Source: an uncultured Candidatus Saccharibacteria bacterium (GTDB lineage Bacteria; Patescibacteriota; Minisyncoccia; Phycocordibacterales; PCTT01). From it: DNA of 64,000 nt. A program made the position numbers and the translations under genes. Below, in pieces: positions 38,836 to 47,503 of this stretch. The notes under the pieces are model-generated. The model was not told the DNA's origin. It saw only the letters and a program-made list of their open reading frames with translations, and ran no database searches. How positions within the stretch are numbered: position 1 is the stretch's first letter; every line of letters starts with the position of its first letter. The DNA lies in contig CAZMIM010000001.1 in the NCBI GenBank assembly GCA_964566505.1, positions 199,690 through 263,689 on the forward strand. The letters are read 5' to 3'.

Positions 38836-39174
38836 CTATACAGAGGGGTCATTTACTTTATCCACATCTTGAATATTTTCTTGCCCTTTAATGCCCCACT
38901 GCCACTTTGGTTTTTCTCCCCTTTTATATGCAATACGTAAAAATGCAGATGTAAGAATTGCTACAGGTAAGAAAAAAGTAAATACCATTTCTTTTCCTGA
39001 GCTTGACTCATCAATAGTAAGTGCAAATAAGATCACAGCACCTAAAAATACAAGAGTAACTAGCCAACCTTGCCATGTTGCAGGTGTCCATCCCCAGCCA
39101 AAAATCTTTCGCTTAAACCAATACCCCTCTTGATTGTCTTTTAGATATGCGATATATCGGCTGAATATATTCAT
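38836..39174 (-). CDS. hypothetical membrane protein
   Basis: 112 aa, 2-3 TM helices. Confidence 0.4.
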   Translation of the reverse strand: MNIFSRYIAYLKDNQEGYWFKRKIFGWGWTPATWQGWLVTLVFLGAVILFALTIDESSSGKEMVFTFFLPVAILTSAFLRIAYKRGEKPKWQWGIKGQENIQDVDKVNDPSV

Positions 39175-39175
39175 A

Positions 39176-39595
39176 TTATTTAAATATTACTTGTATCTCG
39201 AGTGCGTCGTCATGTTCTGGTAAGCCAGATGCGTTTGCTTTTTGAAGTATTAGTGTCCCCCGCTCCCCATACTCAGGTCTTTCAAAATCTATTGTCGCTG
39301 TAAATGGCACAAAATCTGTGGTCATCCATTCATCTTGTGCGGTTGCATAACCTTCTGCGATTATGAGGCCATCCCAGTTAGTAAGAACAATTGGAAAGTT
39401 TGCTTCAAAAAACCATTGTCCGCGTGCTTCACCTGTAATCTCAAGTGGTGACGATATTGTTTCTCCATCTGAAATATTTGAAGAAATTAGGTCATTATAA
39501 ACCGTTGGCGCATGCGCTTCTTCAAATGAAAGTAAGTAATATCCTAAAAATACCACCGCGAGTAATATAATTGCTGAGATAAGATTTCTTTTCAT
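39176..39595 (-). CDS. secreted Gmad2 immunoglobulin-like domain protein
   Basis: Signal peptide; EITGEARGQWFFEANFPIVL ... EWMTTDFVPF ... matches the Gmad2 (PF10648) pattern. Confidence 0.6.
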   Translation of the reverse strand: MKRNLISAIILLAVVFLGYYLLSFEEAHAPTVYNDLISSNISDGETISSPLEITGEARGQWFFEANFPIVLTNWDGLIIAEGYATAQDEWMTTDFVPFTATIDFERPEYGERGTLILQKANASGLPEHDDALEIQVIFK

Positions 39596-39749
39596 GAGTT
39601 TATTATAACACCAGTTTTATAACTGGAGACTAGGTCACTCTCGTGGATATTTCGCTTGTTGGCCGACTCGGGCTAGAACCGTGTTCGGTCAAGCCCTGTT
39701 TGACGGAATAGCTCTATTTTACACCCATTAAACGACGCGTCTCGAGCGC

Positions 39750-40055
39750 TTAAGAAATAGTTTGTTTAGCCGATTCCTCGATCTCTTTTTCTAGGACTGA
39801 GATCTCCTGCTTTAAATCTCCATCCGACACTTCAATATCCCAACTCTTATTGGTGTTTGCATACCAAATACCTTTTCCGGAAAGTCTTGAGATGTGAATT
39901 CGCACCAAGCTCAATAGCTCTTTTGTTTCCTTTTCGAGTCTATCCATCAGACCGGGCATCTGAGCAAACGCACCTGTTATGTAGTGCCAGTTCTCAGCTT
40001 CAAGAACACGACCCCCGATCATAATATCTTCAAACCTGGTGAGAGTGTAATTCAT
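39750..40055 (-). CDS. hypothetical protein
   Basis: 101-aa ORF. Confidence 0.35.
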   Translation of the reverse strand: MNYTLTRFEDIMIGGRVLEAENWHYITGAFAQMPGLMDRLEKETKELLSLVRIHISRLSGKGIWYANTNKSWDIEVSDGDLKQEISVLEKEIEESAKQTIS

Positions 40056-40075
40056 GGATTGCGAATCTACATTGA

Positions 40076-40463
40076 TTAGGAGAAATATTGGTTAATAACA
40101 CTGAGGCTTCCCAGATCAATACTCAGTTCCTTTCTCACAGGAAGCTCTATAAGTCGGTTATGTGTTAGCTTGTGCGTTTCCAAGATCCTTTGGGTTTTCA
40201 AAGCATTTGTCCTGTTCAAACCTATAGTATCGATATGCTCATTTAACAACCTTTCTAAGATTACTAGCGCGTCACGATGCTTAATAAAACGCTCGTAGCG
40301 CTTTATGATGCGGTAACTCACGATACCAAAGAGAAAAGCAAAGAATGCTCCATAAACTTTTATGAATATTTGGCACCGCGAATAGAACCCAAATAAAAAA
40401 TACTGCGGTCCAGATAACAACTGCAAGTTCACGATTATTGAAAATACCAAGAATATCAAACAT
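40076..40463 (-). CDS. small 2-TM membrane protein downstream of and co-oriented with the STAND gene (two overlapping frames; possible frameshift)
   Basis: ORFs 40281-40463 and 40076-40459 overlap in different frames; both have TM segments. Confidence 0.3.
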
Positions 40464-40473
40464 GGTACTTCTA

Positions 40474-43400
40474 TTAACTTCGTCGACTTGTTACTTTCTT
40501 GGAGGATTTCTTTTTCGCTATTTTCTTTGTCGTCTTTTTGGCAACCTTCTTTTTAGGTGTAACAAACTTTGTACAGTCAATAGAAACAGGAGTGACTCCC
40601 TTTATCTTGCTAAATTCTTCTTTTATACGAGGAAGTGTCCGTATACTGCTATTAACAATAATGAGAAAGATGCCGTAATCTGCACCATACCCTCGCATGT
40701 ATTGACTCAAGCTCTTGTATGACTTTGAGGAGCTGACGCTTGTTGAACGAATGTCGCTATTTGATGTAAGTTTAACTTCCAAAATAACAGGACCTACAAA
40801 TCCGTATCGAATTATCAAATCGACTCGTTTGTCATCTAGCAAATCAGGCTCTCGCAAAAGATCAACGTGAAAACCTCGTTTAAGCATCACGTTTTCAATC
40901 TGTGATTTTAATGTCTTCTGAATCAATTTCTCGTACTCCTGTTTCTTCGTTTCGTAAATCTTACCTGTGAGAATAAGTTCATATGCTCCCTCTCCCTCAA
41001 TCCATCGACGTAAATCGGTATCAATCGCGTCATGTAAATGACGAGCCAGGTCTGCAGAAGTAATGATCCGCTTATCATCGTACTCCCGTGCTGAATTATA
41101 TTTTCGAACAGCTTCGGCAAACTGTGACGGTTTACCAATGGTATTGAGGTATGAACGGCGTAAGCTAACCATGCGAGCTGCAAGCCAATTCGCCCCCTCT
41201 TTTTTATTACCAACTAAAGCAATCTTTTCTTCAAGTAAACGCAAAGGCTTGTAGTCCCCATACTCTTTTAAGTTTTCGAAGTACGCATAAACTATTTCCC
41301 ATAAATATTGAGCATAAGGATGGTAACCGTCGCCGAGTGCCCAAACCTCGAGAGCCTTATCTATAAGATCTAAAAATTTTTCTTCGAATCCATAACTTTT
41401 TAATTCCATGAGTGGTTTTGCAAACTCTTTCCCAAAATGAAGTTCATCCTCAAAAGGCGTTACATCTTGAACAACACCAGATCTTGGTCTTATAGCACTT
41501 GCTGCAACTCTTGCCTGCACCTGTTCTAAGCGCCAATGTACTGCTTCTGGCTTAGCATACTTAGTAATGAGCAAACCATTAGCCTTTGTAGCAATAGCTT
41601 TCTCGTCATTAGACCCTTCTATGTATTCCGAAAAGATTTCCTTGAGGAAACCCTCATCCGGCTGAAGTAGTTCAGCCACAGACAAAGATTGCTCTCGATC
41701 ATACCTTCGGAATTGTGTCTCTCGCACAAAATCACGAAGGATCTGTCCAGCTGCAGTTAAATTATATTGCTCTGCTGCTTCGATAAGTGAGTCTGGTTGC
41801 CACCTCCACAAATCGCTATCTCGGTCGTTATAAATCCTTATCACAGAGTTTAGTTCTTCCGCAGAAAAATCGGGTACTAATTCAAACACGGTCTTTAAAT
41901 TTTCACTGTGCGCGAATGGTATAAAGCGAGCTATATTTGATCGATACGGTGTTATATCTATACCTCGATGTTTTGCTGCAGCAAGAGCATCTCCAAAAAC
42001 TATTGCTGCTCCGCTTGTAGTGTAGTTTCTGCTCGAACCTCCATCAGTCTCCGAATTTATTGTTAATCCGCGCTCTGCAGGATCGTGCCTAAGTACCTCC
42101 TGACGAATAAGCGTATCGAATCGCTCCCGATCAGCATCGCTCATTAATTTTTCGAGTTTCTCGACATTTGAATTGTAATCATGGAAAACTCGTGTCATGT
42201 ATTGTTGTGGAGCTGGTTCAAGTGCATTACGAAACTCCGAAAGAATTCTTTCATCGTACACATGCTCATGATCTGACGGTGGTTGTCTGCGTGCCTCCTC
42301 ATATTCTCTATAAGAATCAGGTAATTTTTCACGCCCTGCCTCATAAATAGCATCTGAGTCTTCGTCTCCTCGCAACTTAATACGAATTAAAGTATTCATT
42401 AAATGCATTTTGTGTAAGCCAGCTTCTAGCATCATATCTATATATTGACCAACATCAGACGGTGTGAGTATCTCTGCAAATAAATCTTGTGCAAAATATA
42501 AACCATTCTCTCCATCATCACTGTTCTGGATTTGACGAATGAGATTAGGAATAAAATCAGGATTCTCTTCACGCAAAAAATGCATTAATCCAATTACAAA
42601 CTGCGATTCTCCGCGTGTGTGTGCAACGGAGTAGTGTAAAGATTTTACAATTACCTCTAAGACAATTTCTCGCATCTCTTCGTCTGCAACAGCGCGAATA
42701 TGATCAACTAGCACATGGTCTTTGTCTTTGAAAATCGAGGAATCGTCCAGAAATTCCCTACGAAGTTGTTCATCTTCGTTATATTTTCGCAAGAAACGCT
42801 TCAGAGCACCGAGTCCCGTAACCTCGAAGAGTCCATATCTTCCGTGCAAATCATTGCTCCTTATGAGTTTTATGAATGCATCGACACTTTCATCTTTGTT
42901 AGGGTCAAGTTCACTACACAAAGAAACAAACTCCCTCATGACGAGTTCATCAGGAGCATTGGTCAAATCTGGTAATTCATCGATAACTGTCGGATCTCCA
43001 AGTTTTGCTAATGCCAATAATGCATGGCGCGGCAAGACTCCATTGTCAGATTGTCCAGATGCATAACTTATGAGCCGCCCACGCCAATAAGTGATATCAA
43101 TCTCCAATCCAGCACGTAATAAATAAGAAATTACATAAGATATGTTTCCTAAAGGAACATAGTACTTTGTTTCATTCGAGGTGAATGCCTCAGCCTCTTC
43201 AGTTTGTGCCTTTAAAAAAGATTCTAGGCTTGATGAATAGAACCCAGGAAGAGACGAGGTGAGCTGCCCAGGAATCCATTGTAATTTTGTATTGTGATAA
43301 GAAACAGAATCGATAAACAAACGCTCTTTGGTGGTGTCGGGAATAAATTTTGGATTAACTCTACTTAGGAAGTTGAAGAAGGCCTCGTCGACAACCTTAA

Positions 43401-44568
43401 ATGCCTGTCCATGAATTCCAGAGAAATCCAAAAGCTGACCGAGTATATCTCGATCCATATCAACAAAAAAACTAAGAGTGTTATACCAAGATGGATAAAA
43501 TTCATTTATCGTTTCGTCAGCAGCAAAACTAAAAGTTGCCCGTCTTGGTTCTGGGAATCGTGTCAATTCTTTTGCTGCAAGATATTCTTGAAATTCAGCA
43601 TTCTCAAATTCAATACTGTTCGTGTCCTCTTTTGAAATTTGCAATAATGAATTTTTCAAAAGGATATCGATACCTACTTGGGCAAGTACCATTAACTTGA
43701 TATCGGACCTTACATCGTCAAAAAAAGTTACTAACTCATCGCGAGTAATTGAATTCGCTTGATAAATCTCCATTGTCAAAGCCAACTTCTCCAACAGTCG
43801 CTTTAACACTTGCTCCATTTCACGAATATCTTGATTATTCTGAGCTTCAATTCTTAATTTTGAATAGATAAAATGTTCAAAAAGTTCATTTCTTGATATC
43901 TCCTGTACATCAGTAACTGACTTATCAGTCATAAACTGCTCAAAGAGAAAAAGATAGCGTGGAATTTGGATAATAATCCTTCCATGAAATTGCATTGCTC
44001 GCTGCATTAACACATCAATGTCAGCAGAGCTACGGCTTCCACTAGAGAGATATTCCCTGAGCTGATTCGAGGTAAATGGTTTTATGGAAATAAAACGATA
44101 TTTAGAAAAGACATTTGCATATCTTTCCATAAATACCCAACGACTTGATATATAAATAATTAGATTTGGGTACTGACGGGATATATTCTGGACCTCCTGA
44201 AGAATGTCAGAAAAATGTGATGAGGGAACCTCATCTAAAGCATCAAGTAATAATGCTTTTGGTTTCTTTGTTCCTTTCTTCACAAAGTTACTTATTTCCT
44301 CGAAAGAATTTGGAGATCGAAGAGGAATAAACTTAGTTGTAAATCCTTTGCTCTGAAATTCCACATCAATTCTCTTCATTAACTCTGTTTTGCCAATACC
44401 AGGCTCTCCAACCACTATCGTATTTTTATCTTGGGTAAGATCAGAGATAGTAGTTGGACTAGCATCGTCAAAAACAAAACCATGACCATATTTCCCATAC
44501 TCTTCTTTTGCCTCCTTAAAAGTAGAGGATACTTCTGTTACTGGGAATATATATCGAGAATCATCCAT
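40474..44568 (-). CDS. NACHT/STAND-family P-loop NTPase (1364 aa) with long alpha-helical middle region, C-terminal PD-(D/E)xK-like nuclease motif and Lys-rich tail
   Basis: Walker A GEPGIGKT and NACHT-type Walker B ALLLDALDE near the N-terminus; about 900 aa helical repeats; C-terminal RVDLIIRYGFVGPVILEVKL (D...E.K) then KKKVAKKTTKKIAKKKSSKK tail. Confidence 0.8.
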   Translation of the reverse strand: MDDSRYIFPVTEVSSTFKEAKEEYGKYGHGFVFDDASPTTISDLTQDKNTIVVGEPGIGKTELMKRIDVEFQSKGFTTKFIPLRSPNSFEEISNFVKKGTKKPKALLLDALDEVPSSHFSDILQEVQNISRQYPNLIIYISSRWVFMERYANVFSKYRFISIKPFTSNQLREYLSSGSRSSADIDVLMQRAMQFHGRIIIQIPRYLFLFEQFMTDKSVTDVQEISRNELFEHFIYSKLRIEAQNNQDIREMEQVLKRLLEKLALTMEIYQANSITRDELVTFFDDVRSDIKLMVLAQVGIDILLKNSLLQISKEDTNSIEFENAEFQEYLAAKELTRFPEPRRATFSFAADETINEFYPSWYNTLSFFVDMDRDILGQLLDFSGIHGQAFKVVDEAFFNFLSRVNPKFIPDTTKERLFIDSVSYHNTKLQWIPGQLTSSLPGFYSSSLESFLKAQTEEAEAFTSNETKYYVPLGNISYVISYLLRAGLEIDITYWRGRLISYASGQSDNGVLPRHALLALAKLGDPTVIDELPDLTNAPDELVMREFVSLCSELDPNKDESVDAFIKLIRSNDLHGRYGLFEVTGLGALKRFLRKYNEDEQLRREFLDDSSIFKDKDHVLVDHIRAVADEEMREIVLEVIVKSLHYSVAHTRGESQFVIGLMHFLREENPDFIPNLIRQIQNSDDGENGLYFAQDLFAEILTPSDVGQYIDMMLEAGLHKMHLMNTLIRIKLRGDEDSDAIYEAGREKLPDSYREYEEARRQPPSDHEHVYDERILSEFRNALEPAPQQYMTRVFHDYNSNVEKLEKLMSDADRERFDTLIRQEVLRHDPAERGLTINSETDGGSSRNYTTSGAAIVFGDALAAAKHRGIDITPYRSNIARFIPFAHSENLKTVFELVPDFSAEELNSVIRIYNDRDSDLWRWQPDSLIEAAEQYNLTAAGQILRDFVRETQFRRYDREQSLSVAELLQPDEGFLKEIFSEYIEGSNDEKAIATKANGLLITKYAKPEAVHWRLEQVQARVAASAIRPRSGVVQDVTPFEDELHFGKEFAKPLMELKSYGFEEKFLDLIDKALEVWALGDGYHPYAQYLWEIVYAYFENLKEYGDYKPLRLLEEKIALVGNKKEGANWLAARMVSLRRSYLNTIGKPSQFAEAVRKYNSAREYDDKRIITSADLARHLHDAIDTDLRRWIEGEGAYELILTGKIYETKKQEYEKLIQKTLKSQIENVMLKRGFHVDLLREPDLLDDKRVDLIIRYGFVGPVILEVKLTSNSDIRSTSVSSSKSYKSLSQYMRGYGADYGIFLIIVNSSIRTLPRIKEEFSKIKGVTPVSIDCTKFVTPKKKVAKKTTKKIAKKKSSKKVTSRRS

Positions 44569-44587
44569 AACAACAAATTATTACAAC

Positions 44588-44899
44588 CTACTTATGCCTA
44601 GCAGCACGAAGAAGTTTACGTGCCAAGGCCTCAAGCTCAGCGTCAGATCCTGCAGTTTTCTTCCTTACAGATTTTGAAGGTCGACCGAGAAAGTATTCGT
44701 AATCCTTCATAAACAAATCTGCGAGTATCACTAGATCTCTAATTTTCAAACTTCGCTCTCCTCTTTCAATAAGAGAAATAGCGGTTGGAGAATCAAATTC
44801 CAGTATTTGAGCAAGGTTTGTTTGTGAATATCCAGCTTCAAGTCGACATTCACGTATCTTCTCACCTAATTGTTTATCGAATTCATGGTCAGTCGCCAT
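44588..44899 (-). CDS. XRE-family helix-turn-helix transcriptional regulator
   Basis: HTH_XRE motif LGEKIRECRLEAGYSQTNLAQIL; 19 bp upstream of and co-oriented with the STAND gene. Confidence 0.75.
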   Translation of the reverse strand: MATDHEFDKQLGEKIRECRLEAGYSQTNLAQILEFDSPTAISLIERGERSLKIRDLVILADLFMKDYEYFLGRPSKSVRKKTAGSDAELEALARKLLRAARHK

Positions 44900-45020
44900 A
44901 ACTACTGCATTATATTATCCACAATTTGATTTGAAAAGATTAATCAAAATGATAAACTTGTTTATATAAGGAGTAGTGGTAGCAATCAAGCAATTAGAAG
45001 AATCATTATGAAAACAGCAT

Positions 45021-46289
45021 ATGAAAAAACTTGCTTGGTCTACAACCCAACAAAAGGTTAACGATCTGCTCCCCCAGGAGGTTAATCCCCGCACTATTTC
45101 CGACAAGCAAATGTCGGATCTTAAAAGAAGCCTCAAGAAATACAATCTTGTGGAGATTCCCGCTATTGATGTAGATGGGACGATATTAGCTGGTCATCAG
45201 CGTATTAAGGCACTGCAACTCCTTGGGCGCGGTGAGGATATGATTGATGTCCGTGTACCCAACCGAAAACTCACCAAGGAAGAATCTAAAACATATCTCA
45301 TAGCGTCCAACAAGCTTGGCGGTGACTGGGATTTTGATCTTCTGAAGTCTTTTGATTTCGATACCTTGGAGTTCGCAGGGTTTGATCCCATCGAAGTCGG
45401 GGAACTCTTCGACAGAGATAACGAAGTTGCCGAAGAAGACTTTGATGTTGAGAAAGAACTAAAAAAGATTAAGAAGCCAAAAACAAAGCTTGGCGACATC
45501 GTTGTTCTTGGTAATCACCGTATTCTATGTGGCGACTCCACTAAGAAAGAGAACCTGAAGAGACTCTTCGGGAACAAAAAGGCATCGATGATATACAGCG
45601 ACCCTGTATACAACATTGATATCGACTATGACGGTGGTATTGGCGGAAAGAAAGAATACGGCGGAGATGTAAACGATACACGTTCGTTCGATGAGTACCG
45701 CACATTCCTCAACGACAGCATGGAAGCAGCACTTGCCGTTTCCAAAGAAGACCTACATATCTTCTATTGGTGCGATCAGATATACATCGGCGTTGTACAA
45801 AACCTGTACCGGTGGCTTGGTATTGCTAATAAGCGTGTGTGTTTGTGGCTCAAGAATAATCAGAACCCTGTTCCCTCGGTTGCGTTCAATAAAGCGTATG
45901 AACCTGCGGTATACGGCGTACGAGGCAAACCATACCTCGCCAACATACATAACCTCAACGAGGTAATGAATAAGGAACTCGGTACTGGCAATTCCCTGCT
46001 CGACGACATCTGGACAGCAAAACGTCTGACCGCCAAAGAGTACGAGCACGCCACATCAAAACCGCCACAGCTTCACGAGAAAGCGATTAAACGCTGCACC
46101 AAACCAAACGACATTATTCTCGACAGTTTCCTTGGTTCTGGCAGCACCCTTATTGCCGCAGAATCACTTGGTCGAAGAGTATATGGGTGTGAACTTGAAC
46201 CTGCGTTCTGCGATCTCATCGTTCGGAGATGGGAAAAGCTAACAGGCAAGAAAGTGTCCTATGAAAAAGACAAAGGTACTGGTAAATAA
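45021..46289 (+). CDS. ParB-like nuclease domain fused to a DNA methyltransferase (N6-A/N4-C class)
   Basis: N-terminal ParB/Srx fold (EIPAIDVDGTILAGHQRIKA); MTase motif IV-like SDPVYN and motif I LDSFLGSGSTLIAAE. Confidence 0.75.
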   Translation: MKKLAWSTTQQKVNDLLPQEVNPRTISDKQMSDLKRSLKKYNLVEIPAIDVDGTILAGHQRIKALQLLGRGEDMIDVRVPNRKLTKEESKTYLIASNKLGGDWDFDLLKSFDFDTLEFAGFDPIEVGELFDRDNEVAEEDFDVEKELKKIKKPKTKLGDIVVLGNHRILCGDSTKKENLKRLFGNKKASMIYSDPVYNIDIDYDGGIGGKKEYGGDVNDTRSFDEYRTFLNDSMEAALAVSKEDLHIFYWCDQIYIGVVQNLYRWLGIANKRVCLWLKNNQNPVPSVAFNKAYEPAVYGVRGKPYLANIHNLNEVMNKELGTGNSLLDDIWTAKRLTAKEYEHATSKPPQLHEKAIKRCTKPNDIILDSFLGSGSTLIAAESLGRRVYGCELEPAFCDLIVRRWEKLTGKKVSYEKDKGTGK

Positions 46290-46830
46290 ACTGCTTGCGG
46301 AAATTGAGAAAGCTCCTGTTATACAAGTGGCGTGCGATAAGGTAGGTATCTCAAGAAACACCTTCTACCGTTGGATCAAAGAGGACTCTGAGCTTATGGA
46401 GCGCATGAGTGAAGCCATGTCTCTTGGCACTGGGTTGGCAAATGATGTTGCGATAAGTAACGTTTTAGAGGGTGTAAAAAGAAAAGATCCGATGTACACA
46501 AAGTACTGGCTGAGCCACAAACATCCTGACTTCAGGAGACCCTTCGTCCATAAGGTTGACTCTGATGATCTACTCACTCATTTCCGGTCTGTTATGGAAG
46601 GTATACGGAAACGTGAAATTGCTCAAGAAATTGCAGATGAAGCAACCAGAATTGAAGGCGTAAGATTAGAGAAGGCACGAGAAGAAGTACAGGGATTCAT
46701 GGACAAGTGGAAAAATGTAATAAGCGAATCTCAACACAAAGAAGCCAGGAAACTATTCGAAGAATGGAAAGAAGACTTCCTCAGTGAAAAAGCTAGCCAA
46801 GCACAGCGCCTTAAAAAGCCAAAGAAATAA
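46261..46830 (+). CDS. HTH-domain protein resembling phage terminase small subunit / DNA-packaging HTH proteins
   Basis: N-terminal HTH VACDKVGISRNTFYRWIKED; overlaps the MTase gene end by 29 bp. Confidence 0.45.
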   Translation: MKKTKVLVNKLLAEIEKAPVIQVACDKVGISRNTFYRWIKEDSELMERMSEAMSLGTGLANDVAISNVLEGVKRKDPMYTKYWLSHKHPDFRRPFVHKVDSDDLLTHFRSVMEGIRKREIAQEIADEATRIEGVRLEKAREEVQGFMDKWKNVISESQHKEARKLFEEWKEDFLSEKASQAQRLKKPKK

Positions 46831-47173
46831 ATCCCCAAATAGTTATTACAACGAACACAGCAATAATGATCCAATACTTCTTGTTCCTTCTTGTGGTTTC
46901 TTGTTTTTCTTCCGCAATAACTTCTTCAATATCTTTTTCAGAATCCATTTCTTGAAGAATCTTCTTTGCTCTTGGCGAGTCTAAAGGAATCATGTCTGTA
47001 CTCTGACATTTTGCACATGCCGGGTGATACGAACTAGATCGCCATACTGAATAAATAAGACCAGGAACAAGAAAGCAGAGCCATAGTACGATTTCAACAC
47101 CAAGACTTCCTTTTGCTAATCTTTTCGGTTTACCAACGTGACCGCACTGGGTACAAATTAATGTTTTTGCCAT
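46811..47173 (-). CDS. zinc-ribbon plus TM small protein
   Basis: CTQCGH...CAKCQS Cys4 ribbon followed by two TM helices. Confidence 0.4.
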   Translation of the reverse strand: MAKTLICTQCGHVGKPKRLAKGSLGVEIVLWLCFLVPGLIYSVWRSSSYHPACAKCQSTDMIPLDSPRAKKILQEMDSEKDIEEVIAEEKQETTRRNKKYWIIIAVFVVITIWGFISLAF

Positions 47174-47503
47174 AGATTTTTTAATGACGAATAAATCTTA
47201 TGGCGGGTAACAAAAAGCCCGCCACCAAGTAGAGCCGAAGCTCATATCCCAAGTTTCCCTGGAATAGCTCAAGGAGAGACCCTTGATGACGGGTTCTTTA
47301 TTCTCCTTGAGACTTTTATATTCGGACCATACCGCCACAAACGTGTCGGGTTAGGTCGCTATATTGTGATGTCGAGCTCTTCGCTCAACATATACATAAT
47401 ATCGCTAAATAAAGGTGGTGTTAAGCAAGAAGCGAGTATGCGACGAATCACTGGTTCTGCATAGCTTAGCAAGACTAGTTTTCTCTGGCATTAATGGTTC
47501 CCT

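Noticed and set aside
38523-38891. Plus-strand Ser-rich ORF (122 aa) at 38523-38891
   Set aside because: It is the antisense translation of the poly-acidic gene (a GA-rich repeat gives poly-Ser in the reverse frame), not an independent gene.
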